A stretch of DNA of 64,000 bases from Octopus sinensis (lineage: Eukaryota). The first letter of the stretch is position 1. The number at the start of each line of letters is the position of its first letter. A program made the translations under genes and the position numbers. The notes beneath the pieces were generated by a model. It ran no database searches, was not told where the DNA came from, and was given only the letters and a program-made list of their open reading frames with translations. Below are positions 13,655 to 25,134 of this stretch, piece by piece. The stretch spans positions 53,444,001-53,508,000 of the forward strand of contig NC_043003.1 of NCBI RefSeq assembly GCF_006345805.1. Reading direction: 5' to 3'.

Positions 13655-13849
13655 TAAGTGGATTCGGTGATACACAGTACAAAGATAAACCCGGTTGGAT
13701 TTGTGTACTCAGAAACGTAAAGGATTCAAACTAAAATACTACGAGATGTGAAGTTGACCTCAGCAGGATTTGATCTCATGTAATAAAAGTACGTAATTAA
13801 TAAATATGGAATTTCAGCCGCCTCAACTCCTTCTAATTTTCAATAGTTC

Positions 13850-14640
13850 TTTCTACTACAGACGCAAGACCTGAAATTGAGCAGGGTGGAAGGGTTAGTT
13901 GATTACATCTACCGTAAGCTCAACTGGTTCATATTTCACCGACCTTGAAAGGATGAAAGGCAAAGTCGATCTCAGCGGAATTTGAACTCAGAACATAAAA
14001 AACCGGCAGAAATGTCGCTAAGCACTTTCTCCGGCGTGCTAACGATTCTGCCAGCGTGCCGTCTTACCTCTTTTTAATAATGGTTTCAAATTTTGGCACA
14101 AGGCCAGCAATTTCTGGGAAGGGTTTAAGTTGATGACATCGATCCCAGTGTTCAACTGGTACTTATTTTATCGACCCCGAAAGGATAAAAAGTAAAGTCG
14201 ACCTAGCGGAATCATTTCTACGATAGGCACAAGACCTGAATTTTGTGGGGAGGGGGATAGTCGATCATATCGACCCCAGTACTCAACTGGTACTTGATTT
14301 ATCGACCTCGAAAGGATGAAAGGCAATGTCGACCTCAGCGGAATTTGAACTCAGAACGTACAAACGGACGAAATGCCGCAAAGCTAACGATTCAGCCTAC
14401 TTGCCGCCTTTGCCTCTTTTTAATCATCCTTTCGGCTATAGGCACAAGGTCTGAAATTTTGGGTGAGGGGACTAGTCGATTACATCGAACCCAGTGCGTA
14501 ACTGGTACTTTATTTATCGAACCCAAAAGGATGAAAGGCAAAGTCAACCTCGGCGTAATTTGAACTCAGAACGTAAAGACAGACGAAATACCTCTAAGCA
14601 TTTCCCCCGGCATGCTAACGATTCTGCCAGCTCGCAGCCT
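13850..14640 (-). mobile_element. Tandem array of Nin/Deu-like SINEs
   Basis: Four head-to-tail copies. Confidence 0.8.
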
Positions 14641-15904
14641 TACCTCTCTTTAATAATGATGACCTTTAACGCTGGTTCCAGTGGTGTAGCGTGGGTTGTC
14701 AGGTTCGAGGCAAAGCAAGTAATGCAAAGAAAATGAGCTATTTTTATTATTATCATTATTATTACCATTTTATTTATTTTTTATATTAGAATTTTGCATC
14801 CAAGGCAACCGCCCCTGTGGCCCCACCTACATCACTCTACTGATTGGTACAACGCCATACATTTATGAAGTTGGATTAGTAGCGAGCTAGCAGAATCGTT
14901 AAAGAATCGGAAATAATGCCTTGCGGTGTTCCTTCCGTCTCTTTACTTTTATATTTTACGTTCAATTCCTGCCGAGGTCAACTTTGCTTTTCATCTCTCC
15001 AGGGTAAATTAAATAAAGTACCAACCAATGTTATCGACTAACCACCCACCCCTCAAATTTGCTAGCCGTGTGTCTAAATAAGAAACCATTATAGTCAACG
15101 GATTCGGCCTAGCGTGTGTCTAGTTTTCATTTCAACGGCTCGGAAGGATGAAGGGTCACGAAGACCCAGGATAGTGAAGAGACTTGACTAAATACAAGCT
15201 AAACGGTCTGGACCTGTATCGTTTCTGTTATTCCATTGCCTTTCTTTTAATAGTGATGATAAAAGTAATGCAAAACCAAACCGGCCTCAAAGGGTGCCCA
15301 AGAAAACAAACATATCCTTTTGCATGAAGATAAGAGAGAAATCTCTATGGTTTGGTTTTATACGAAAATGGAATGACTTTTCGATATTTCTTTTATGTTT
15401 TTTGCTGAGGTTTTTTTTTCAGTTTACATAGAGGCCTTATTTGTTTGGTTAATTCTAAATTTGGAAATATAGTGTCTGTGCACTTTTGTTGATAGTTTCT
15501 AGGTTTATTGCAATCGAATAAAATGAAACGGTACATGAAAATAATGGCGCCTTCTCGTCTGCAGCTGCTGACACTTCTAGCAAGGGACGGCTGTATAAAC
15601 CTCTCTGGGTGGTACCTACCTATATACAGAGCAAGATTCATAATCTTCTGCAGAAGCATTTTTGTGTTTTCTTTAATTCTAAATTCAGAAGTGTTTCAAA
15701 ACAGTTGCAAATGGGGTATGTTTGTGTGGTTCTTACCAAATCACACGTCTATCTTGAAGTGTAAAACAATCTCATGCAAAAATTATACGATTGAAAGTCG
15801 ATCGAAATTATATATATATATATATGCCTAATAAAAATTATTTTTTCTTTCCTTTACTTTTTTTTTCTCTTTTTTGCCACAGCGGGGAATCTACTCTTTA
15901 CTTT

Positions 15905-16316
15905 TTTCTTTTTACTCTTTTACTTGTTTCAGTCATTTGACTGCGGCCATGCTGGAGCACCGCCTTTTAGTCGAGCAAATCGACCCCGGGACTTATTCTT
16001 TGTAAGCCCAGTACTTATTCTATCGGTCTCTTTTGCCGAACCGCTAAGTGATGGGGACGTAAACACACCAGCATTGGTTGTCAAGCAATGCTAGGGGGAC
16101 AAACACAGACACACAAACACATACACACACACATATATATATATACATATATACGACAGGCTTCTTTCAGTTTCCGTCTACCAAATCCACTCACAAGGCA
16201 TTGGTCGGCCCGGGGCTATAGCAGAAGACACTTGCCCAAGATGCCACGCAGTGGGACTGAACCCGGAACCATGTGGCTGGTTAGCAAGCTACTTACCACA
16301 CAGCCACTCCTGCGCC
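15905..16316 (-). mobile_element. Full-length CORE-like tRNA SINE
   Basis: Complete head (gcgcaggagtggctgtgtggtaag on minus) through to tail. Confidence 0.85.
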
Positions 16317-16957
16317 TTTTTTATTTGGTCCTTTTTTATTTTTTTTTTTTATCTGATACTTATTTTATCTATTCCGAAAGAATTAAAAGTGAAGTCGATA
16401 TCGACAGAATTTGAACTAAGAATGTTAAGCCGGAATAAGTGCCACTATGCATTTTGTCCGGAGTGCTAACGATAGTTCCTGCTCGCTGTCTTTCTATTTA
16501 TAGATACAAGACCTGAAATTGATGTGGGGAGACAAGCTGGTTATATCGACACCGCGCTGGATTTACCATTAACCAAAATAAGCACGTCCTTCAGACATCA
16601 AGAGAAGAGTGGGGAGGGGCACCGCAAAAATGGTAAATGGTTTACGGCACAAAAGAAATCACTTTAAACTTGCTAAAATAATGTTTGAAGTGGTTTATAT
16701 GATCGGGAATATGATTTCCAAGTGTTCATGGTGTCATAAAGAGGATCTTATCAAAAACTTTGCAATCAAAAAAAAAAAAAAACTGTTCAAGTAAAGTAGA
16801 AGCATTCAAAAATAAACATTATTTTCCATACTACAGTTAGTTTTGTTTCATTTTGAAAAACAAAAATTATTTTAAGATTTATTATTGTTTATATTTTGAA
16901 TTACACAAACACACACACACACACACACATACATACATACATACATACATACATACA

Positions 16958-16989
<32 letters not shown>

Positions 16990-17055
16990 AACATATTACG
17001 AAGATGTACTTGCATAGCAAGTGACCTGATCTGAGATCGTGTGCTGGAACGAAAA

Positions 17056-17447
17056 CAATTGCGGCGTGAAAGGTGTTTATAAGCCATTTAAGAAACACAC
17101 AAAAACTGTTAGATTCATTTCAACATTTAAATTTCATTTGCCAAAATATTTTCGTCTCTTTGAGACCGCGACCTGTTCACTGACAAAATTCCGTGCTGCA
17201 TCTGAAAAAGTAACAGTTAAAATTCCGTGCTCCATCTGAGAAAGGAACAGATAGTTAATGAACTAACTGTTACTTTCTCAGATGCAGCACGGAATTTTGT
17301 CAGTGAACAGGTCGCGGTCTCAAAGCGACGAAAATATTTTGGCAAATTAAATTTAAATGTTGGAGTAAATCTAACGGTTTTCTTTTTTTTTTTTTGTGTG
17401 TGTGTGTTTCTTAAATGGCTTAAAAACACCTTCCAAGCTGCAATTGT
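17056..17447. repeat. Fold-back inverted repeat (about 165-bp arms), Penelope-like remnant
   Basis: 17056-17219 versus 17264-17447 are reverse complements; the spacer is a partial direct repeat. Confidence 0.9.
17296..17346 (+). ncRNA. Minimal type I hammerhead ribozyme variant (G3-C8 core)
   Basis: tttgtca-GTGAACA-g-gtcgc(ggtctcaaa)gcgac-GAAA-atat-T-T-tggcaaa; second copy on minus at 17137-17187. Confidence 0.6.
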
Positions 17448-17577
17448 ATTTATATATATATATTTCAATAATAATAAAGGGTAAAATTAATTAATTAATT
17501 AATAATTAATAATTCCACCAAGTAGTGTTCGGCACGTTAAAAGGACCATTTTCGGTAAACTTAAACAATATTTTTTT

Positions 17578-17779
17578 ATAATTATGAGTATAATTATAAT
17601 TAGGTTCACCCAAAAAATTTACTTCACCACATACCGAACTCTAGAAATAACAGCCAAGAACTTAGCTATTTCTTCTACTATAGAAGAAATAGCTAAGTTC
17701 TTTGCTGCTATTTCTAAAGTTCGGTATGTGGTGAAGCAAATATTTTTTGCTGAACCCTTATTATATTATACTCATAATT

Positions 17780-17781
<2 letters not shown>
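17578..17781. repeat. Palindrome with about 100-bp arms
   Basis: Centre ...gctatttcttcta cta tagaagaaatagc... near 17679. Confidence 0.85.
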
Positions 17782-17817
<36 letters not shown>

Positions 17818-18071
17818 TATATATAATATATAATATATATATATATATATAATATATATATATACATATATATATAAAGAAGAACAAGCATAAAAAAAAA
17901 ACAACGTGAGGACGCGGTACATGTAAAGTATTAGCAAATGCTCAGGGAAGGAAAGAAAGATGGTTTAAAGTTACGAACAACGCTCTTCTTCAGAAACAGA
18001 GAAAGTTCGGTAGAAAGGAAGACGGAGGAAGAAAATCGCCAACGATTCACACGTGGTTACATTTTGAAATG

Positions 18072-18112
<41 letters not shown>

Positions 18113-18164
18113 CACCAAAATCTTTTAAGTGCTTCGGGCCTCGGTGGATTTTATTACGGTCCTG

Positions 18165-19520
18165 GGATCTTTTCTATTCTGAAGCCAGGACCACAGATCT
18201 TTCTACTTAACTAAATAATCTGAAACTTCGTATGCTGATAGAGTCTAGCAAAACAAGACACAGGTTGGAACTAGTTTATTTGAGAAAAATCTATTTTATG
18301 ACTTTAATCGTAGATTAAAACTGCGAATTTTAACCAATCAGATTGTTTGTTTTCATGTGTAAAACTTGACTGCATTCTATTAGTGTGACGTAGAAAGCGC
18401 TTTTGTGACGTACTAACGTTCGGAAAACTGTAAACAAACACGGCAGACGAAATACGGCTACGCATTTCGCCGGCGTGCTAACGTTTCTGCCAGCTCTTTG
18501 CTTTTTAATATTAAATTTCGGCGAAGTTTCGCTTGTCGTAGCACAAGTTTTCCGTCGATTTCCGTAAAAAACTTTTATTTTTTTACATAAGTAATGAGAG
18601 CGAAAGAGACTAAGAGAAGCGATTTTATGACGAGGGAAGTTTGTCTTTGAAGTTACCGTCTAGGCAGGGGTGGGCAAACTTTTTTGATCGCGGGCCGCAC
18701 AGTGCGTCTTGGAACCTTGGCGGGCCTCATTTATAAAAATCAAGTGAAAATATTGTGAATTACCGTACAGTTACGAAGTATCTGCATAGAAGTTGGGATT
18801 CATAAAGCTCTCGGCGGGCGCGCATGCGGCCCGCGGCCGTAGTTTGCCCACCCCTGGTCTAGGGGAAGCATTGATGTACATGTGTGTGTGTGTGTGTTTG
18901 ATGGGGTGTGGGAGACAGTATGTTGTGTAAGTGAAGTGCTTCTGTTAGTGTGTGTGAAGAGACAGAGAGAGTAATGTGTGAAAGAGAGAGATAACTGAAA
19001 TTTTTTACTCGGTGTATGTGTATATGTATGTCTGCATGTATGTGTGTGTGTGTATGTATCTATGTATGTATGGCCAATTCATCGTAATTACGATTACGAT
19101 GAACGGGCTTACATACATACACACACACACATACACACACACACACACTTACACATACATACACACACACATACATGCAGACATACAGAATGGAAACATT
19201 TTCAATTTAATACATGTGGCTTATTAACTAGTTTTAAATATTGTTATTAGAAGGTGGCTGACTTGTTTACATTTAAGATGTTAAATACGTCACGAAATTG
19301 GTGGTCGAGACGGAGTAAATAAAATAAAGCCGAATGACGGAATATCATTGGTTAAAATTCTAATTATTAAACAACGTTAAACTTAGAAGTTACAATTCCG
19401 TTTTCATTCTGGTTTACAATTAAGTTTACTTTTGACACATTCTACCAGTATACGAAGTTTCAAATTGTTTGGTTCAGTAGGAAAAATTTGAAAAAACTGG
19501 CCTCAAAATAGAAAAGATCC
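18165..19520. mobile_element. Non-autonomous DNA transposon with GGATC TIRs, a longer relative of the 6097 MITE
   Basis: ggatcttttctatt / aatagaaaagatcc ends, long imperfect TIRs, perfect TSD cggtcctg at 18157-18164 and 19521-19528. Confidence 0.85.
18665..18856. mobile_element. hAT (Charlie-like) MITE nested in the above element
   Basis: TIR caggggtgggcaaact / agtttgcccacccctg, gtctagg on both flanks. Confidence 0.85.
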
Positions 19521-19688
19521 CGGTCCTGCACTGACCGACTCCAATTCTTCACTGGTACTTAATTTTTCTGTATGAATTGTAATCGTTTGAAGAAATTTTC
19601 TAAAAATGAATATCGTATTTGACAGCACAAAAGATTCGTGGGTATATTAGATGCACGTCAGTTTCAGCAAGACATGTACACGTGAAAA

Positions 19689-20090
19689 GGATCTTTTCGG
19701 TTTGAACGGCAGTTTTTAACATAATTTATAGGTAACTAAAAAATTCTAAACTTCGAATACTGGTAGAATCTGCTTATAAAACATCTTTTTCTCTTGGCTT
19801 TATTGAGAAAATTCTATAGTTTGTAGATATTTGTGTGTTTTTTTCTTTCAATTTCTGCAATTTTCAGCCAATCACTGACGTCTATTGAGGTAAAAAAACA
19901 TTCTGTGCCGTATGAATAGTCCCTCGTTTAAGAAACAGATTGGGTTTATTTACATTTGTGAAGAAAAAAGATACCCTTTTCCCCCCCCCCCCACCTAACC
20001 CTAACACTAAAACAGATTCAAATGCAATATATCAATACTAGGGTCATAATTATGGGTGACAATTTCATATGACACTGCTAGAAAAGATCC
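19689..20090. mobile_element. GGATC-TIR MITE, third copy
   Basis: TSD cgtgaaaa/ggtgaaaa; right TIR internally deleted. Confidence 0.85.
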
Positions 20091-20696
20091 GGTGAAAAAG
20101 ACTTTAGTGCATTAAAGTTAATGGGAAATCTAACTTTAGATAAAGGACCTTGTGTGATTCTTTTAAAGACTTTCTTTGGGGAGCGGGGAACGCTTCTTAT
20201 ATGCCATCAAATACGATAAGTTCAAGGAAGATGTTGTGCTTCTTACTCTGAAACTCTGTTCACATTGAAAGCAAAACACACAAAAAAAGAAGAAATAATA
20301 AATAAATGAACTGAAATATAACAAAACCAAAGTAAAATAAGATAAAACAAAATTCAATCGACAGTTCTCTAAAAAGATTTTTTGTTTTGACCTTTATGTC
20401 ATTGATCCCTTGGTTTCCTGTGATTCTTTCCTTTTAATATAGTGACTGAAAATAGAGAAAAAGCAATTTTTTAATTATTTTTTTTTACTAATTTTTACAT
20501 CGTTTTTCAAAGACCAGTGAATGGAACTCATACCTAAACTTGTTTCGGAAACAACTGGAACCGGTCAAAGGGAGGTAACACTATCTCACCAAAAAAAGAT
20601 CGTCTGAATTTATTAAAAAAAAGAAAAATAATCTTTTTAAACAAGTTCAGATACTGTGAAGAGATTTTTAATTATGACACTACGCTAGTCTTCTTA

Positions 20697-20820
20697 TATG
20701 TATGCATGTATGTATGTATGTATGTATGTATGTATGTATGTATGTATGTATGTATGTATGTATGTATGTATGTATGCATCTATCTCTCTCTCTATATATA
20801 TTAATATATATGTATGTATA

Positions 20821-20875
<55 letters not shown>

Positions 20876-20936
20876 TATAATATATATATATTATATATGT
20901 ATGTATGTATGTATATGTATATATATATTATACATA
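20697..20936. repeat. (TATG)n/(TA)n microsatellite
   Basis: Visible directly. Confidence 0.9.
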
Positions 20937-21086
20937 TGAAAATAAATATAAGAGAATGGTCACTATATGGCTCACTCTAGCACCAGTTAATCCAAAAGGT
21001 TTCAACCACAAAAATACATGTTTCCCATGAAAGTCAGTACGATTGTTAGCTCACACGGACAGGGCAAATAAAAAATAACAAAAATA

Positions 21087-21181
21087 CAGATTATTTTGGG
21101 ACAATTGTTTCGCTATTAATGAATTAAATGTAATTTTACTTACAAAAAATCCACTTGTAGCTCGTCAGCCAAAACTATCTG
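21087..21181 (-). ncRNA. Canonical-core minimal type I hammerhead ribozyme
   Basis: Minus strand: cagatagttttgg-CUGACGA-gcta..tagc-GAAA-caattg-U-C-ccaaaataatctg. 13-position stem I with one mismatch, G10.1-C11.1, palindromic stem III, GUC triplet. Confidence 0.75.
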
Positions 21182-21409
21182 GATGAAATCCACTCAATCA
21201 CACGCCAGATCTTACCATAACGATAAATACGCGTGTGGTTCAATTGATTACATCCGACGTTATAATTCAAATACCCCAACTAACAGCGCGCCAAACTTTC
21301 ACGGGAAACAAATACAGCATTTAGAAATAAATGCAGCATAATTATAATTAATTAATAAGGGTGAGAGAATTAGATACTAATTTAATAGCATATATACTAA
21401 TTTAATAGC

Positions 21410-21603
<194 letters not shown>

Positions 21604-21604
21604 G

Positions 21605-22050
21605 GCAAATCAAAATGAAAACAAAAGCATGAAAAGTCAAAAGAACGTACAGTCAATATACTAGATTTGCACTCAGAGAATGTTTCAAATGGAAAAAAAG
21701 ATGGAGTGAACGTTTCGAACGTGGCTCGTCGTCAGAAAGAGGAAAGAGGAAAGAAATCCAGTGGGAAGGAGAAGATTAGTCCAAGAAAGCATCTCAGAGA
21801 GGCGCAACGGTACGTCTTTGGCCAAGTGCATATAGCATTTAAAAGAGAGAACGACATACAGCGTTAACAGGAGGCTCCTGGAACAGCCTAGATAATATCT
21901 CAACGAGAGCAGACGATTCCAACTTTGCTCAGCTGAGAGGGCAAGGATCCTAAAAAATTCACTGAACCCAGAAGCCTTTTTAAATTCCACAAGTGAAATG
22001 TTTAGCCGATGCTCCCATGAGAGAACGATTCATGTTGAAGATATAGAATT
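21605..22050 (-). mobile_element. Degenerate Penelope-like retroelement 3' fragment
   Basis: Minus-strand peptides KKASGFSEFFRI and ILSRLFQEPP resemble the PLE RT C-terminus and linker; followed by a CTGACGA-stem-GAAACGT motif at 21709-21738. Confidence 0.45.
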
Positions 22051-22371
22051 CCTCCACTTGCTGACCAGTGAATGGAAATCGTACATAAAGTCTTTTTCGA
22101 GAACAACGGCAATCGGTCAAAGGGAGATAACACCATCTAACCCAGAAAGGGTTTTACCTTGAAGAATTTCATTTCAGGTTTTTATTTTTATTTTCATTTT
22201 TTTTTTTTTTTTCACAACCTTGCTAACCAAGACTGTATTCTTACCTCCATTAGTAAATAGTTTATGTGTCTCCGGCCAGCAGATCTGATGAGTCGCCTAT
22301 ATTACTTAGTACAACAATAGACGTGAAACCAATGATAACATTCTAGCCGGCCATAACCAATGACTACTTTA

Positions 22372-22418
<47 letters not shown>

Positions 22419-22589
22419 ATGTGTGTGTGTGCGTGCGTGTTTGTGTGTGCGCGTGTTTATGTGTCAGAATGCGTGTGCGCGTGTGTATGTGTGTGTGTTT
22501 GTGTGTGTTCCTATTTATGTGTGAGTGTGCGTATGTGTGCGCGTGTGCGTAGCATGTGTGTGTGTGTTTGTGTGTGTATGTGCATGTGT

Positions 22590-22852
22590 GTAAAATTAAA
22601 TGATTGATAAAGGTTCAAGAATTATGTAATCAACTTCATGAGCTTACATCTGTTTCTGCTGTAAGATACAGTGCACTAAGAACTGAGTGTCTTTGTCCCA
22701 CTTTCTATTAAGTCATTTTAGAAGCTCTGACGAAGCTATAAGGTGATGCGCAGCCACTCAACTCTGAAAGCACCGCATCTTATAGCAGAAACACCAGTAA
22801 GCTAATGAAGCTGGTTGCATAATTCCTGTACCTTTGCAGTTTTTTAATTTTC
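22590..22852. repeat. Inverted repeat element (22590-22670 versus 22776-22852) containing a hammerhead motif
   Basis: aaggttcaagaattatgtaatcaacttcatgagcttacatctgtttctgctgtaagat is the reverse complement of the downstream arm. Confidence 0.75.
22717..22809 (+). ncRNA. Type I hammerhead ribozyme-like motif
   Basis: agct-CTGACGA-a-gctataag..gatgcg..cgcatc-ttatagc-a-GAAA-c-acca-GTA-agct. Confidence 0.6.
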
Positions 22853-23413
22853 AAATGACGCTTTGTACTCGCTTACCACTTGTTCTGAAGCATATCTATA
22901 TGGAGTTCTAATATCAGGTCATTAGTATTGTTATCTTAAGCGATATCACAAAATGTATGTATGTATCTATCTGGATGTCTGTCTTTCTATCTGTCTATCT
23001 ATCTATATAATCTACGAAGTTTTCCTCTATTTGTAAACATGGATAATTTTAACAAAGACATGTTTTCAATATACAAGCGGTAACGTAAACGACGAGGAAG
23101 AAATTAAAGAAGAATAATAAAAGGGAATAAACAAATACTGGTTAGAACTAATATTTGCACAATTTGTAATTGTTGAGTGGTAAAAGGTGTTTTAAACTCA
23201 CTGAAGTACTTTATTCGTATTATTTAATGGTCCTTAGGGAATAAAAAGGAGAATTGAGTCTGCCAAAATTTAAAATCAGAACGTAAAAGGGATTTCAAAA
23301 CAGTAAAACATTTAGTCAACTAATTATTCATTTTAACTGTGGAACTTGCAGTAGATAGGGTTTTTTTTTTTTAAAAACCTTTGGTTAGAAAAACTAGAAG
23401 CAATAACATTTTG

Positions 23414-23487
23414 GGATCTTTTCGGTTTAAAATTTTTTAGATACCTAGAAATTAAGTTAAAAACTGCCATTCAAACCGAAAAGATCC
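23414..23487. mobile_element. 74-bp deletion derivative of the GGATC MITE
   Basis: Both TIR ends and perfect TSD acattttg. Confidence 0.85.
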
Positions 23488-24011
23488 ACATTTTGTCTCC
23501 CGATACTATCAGGCACATTTGGTCAATGTCCGAAGGATAGTAAAGACTCCACTCAATTTTTCCATTGAAGGGAGACAACAATGTATTGGCTTATACTATT
23601 TAGCACAAAAGCATTACTATAGGAGTGAGTAAGTCGATTATGTTCAAATGGCACTTATTTTATCGACATCGAAAGCATAAAAGACAAAAATCCACCTCGG
23701 CGGAATTTGAACCCAGAACGTAAAAAACTGGAAGAAATGCCCGCAGCTTTTTGTCTTACTCGCTAGCTATTTTGCCAGCTCGCCGCCTTCGTGTGTACTA
23801 TAATGGTAGATGTAATGCCACAGATCTATATAGTATTAGGAACTTGAATGATGTATCCAAGCGTTTCCCAATGTCATTAGCGATCTAAGTGAAATGAATA
23901 GCTTCTAATAAAAATAAAAGTTGAAATTGCGGCCTGTGTAGTAGCTCTCACACTGTATGTGTAAATTAACAATGGTTCAAAATGACTGATCGAGTATTTT
24001 ATTATATATAA

Positions 24012-24220
24012 CTATTTCTTTACTACCCACAAGGGGCTAAACACAGAGGGGACAAACAAGGACAGACAAATGGTTTATATCGACCCCAGTGCGTAACTGG
24101 TACTTAATTTATCGACCCCGAAAGGATGAAAGACAAAGTCGACCTCGGCGGAATTTGAACCCAGAAATACGGCTACGCATTTCGCCCGGCGTGCTAACGT
24201 TTCTGCCAGCTCGCCGCCTT
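24012..24220 (-). mobile_element. Nin/Deu-like SINE, short variant
   Basis: Family match; flanked by repeated ttttattatatataact (TSD). Confidence 0.85.
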
Positions 24221-25106
24221 TTATTATATATAACTCTGCTTTAACAATGCACCTATCTCAAGTTAGCGTCAGAAGACAGAACTAAAGGAACACAGCATAG
24301 TGAAGGATGAAAGAGTAGGGAGAATAGTTAAAACGCAGTGTTGAACATCTTACATAACTCATATAACTGCATTTATACAATATTCTTATATACCGCTACA
24401 CTAAAAATGCGTATAGCCATATTGTTCCTGTTGTATGGCTCACTCCAGAAATGCAAATAACAATTAACGAATCAACTAATGAAGCACTGACACGTACAGT
24501 AATTAAGTTTATTTCCTTTAATCAGTAAATTCAAAAACAAAAGAATTGTAGAAAGTTTCGAATCCTGTTGAATTTATCCCAACCGCTTGTTTTTTTAAAT
24601 GTTCACCAGGTTATTTTCAAAAAATGTTGTTTTAACTTTAAATACTTGTAACTTCTTTGTTATTAATCTCAGAAAAAAAAAATGCGATTTTCATCGGAAT
24701 ACAAGACTACATCAGCACAAGGTTTTCTGAAAAAAAGTTGGTAAAATTTTGAAAAACGTGAAGTAGCTAGAAGAAATTTATCAAGATCTTAATTTTTATA
24801 ATAGAATACAGTTCAATCAGAATAAATTATTTCCATAGTTTCTGAAAAAAAAAGAAAATAATAACGAGTTCTAGTCTCTTCCCACACAAAATCAACAAAC
24901 TATGCAATCTCAGTTACGAAAACAATTAATCCGCACTAAATGCTGATTTTGTTTCGCTATTGTTCATTCTTTAAGCTTTTATATATATAATAAAATATTA
25001 ATTTATTCAATATGTTATTAAATTTAGATTAAATTATATGAATATAATTAATCTTGATTTTACTTCAGATTTTTAACAATAATTTGTTGCTGTTTCTCTC
25101 ACACGG

Positions 25107-25121
25107 CTTTCCCTTCCGGTG
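25107..25121 (+). promoter_or_regulatory. Pyrimidine-rich start region with ETS-type CTTCCGG motif upstream of UFM1
   Basis: ctttcccttccggt about 15 nt before the split ATG; common at housekeeping promoters. Confidence 0.4.
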
Positions 25122-25134
25122 AGGTGTCATCAAG

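Noticed and set aside
13850-14640. CRISPR-like regularly repeated units
   Set aside because: Eukaryotic tandem SINE copies; no unique spacers or cas genes
15540-15660. GC-richer patch with YY1-like aatggcg and a minus-strand gtaggt donor, a possible non-coding exon or promoter
   Set aside because: Short motifs expected by chance; no supporting structure
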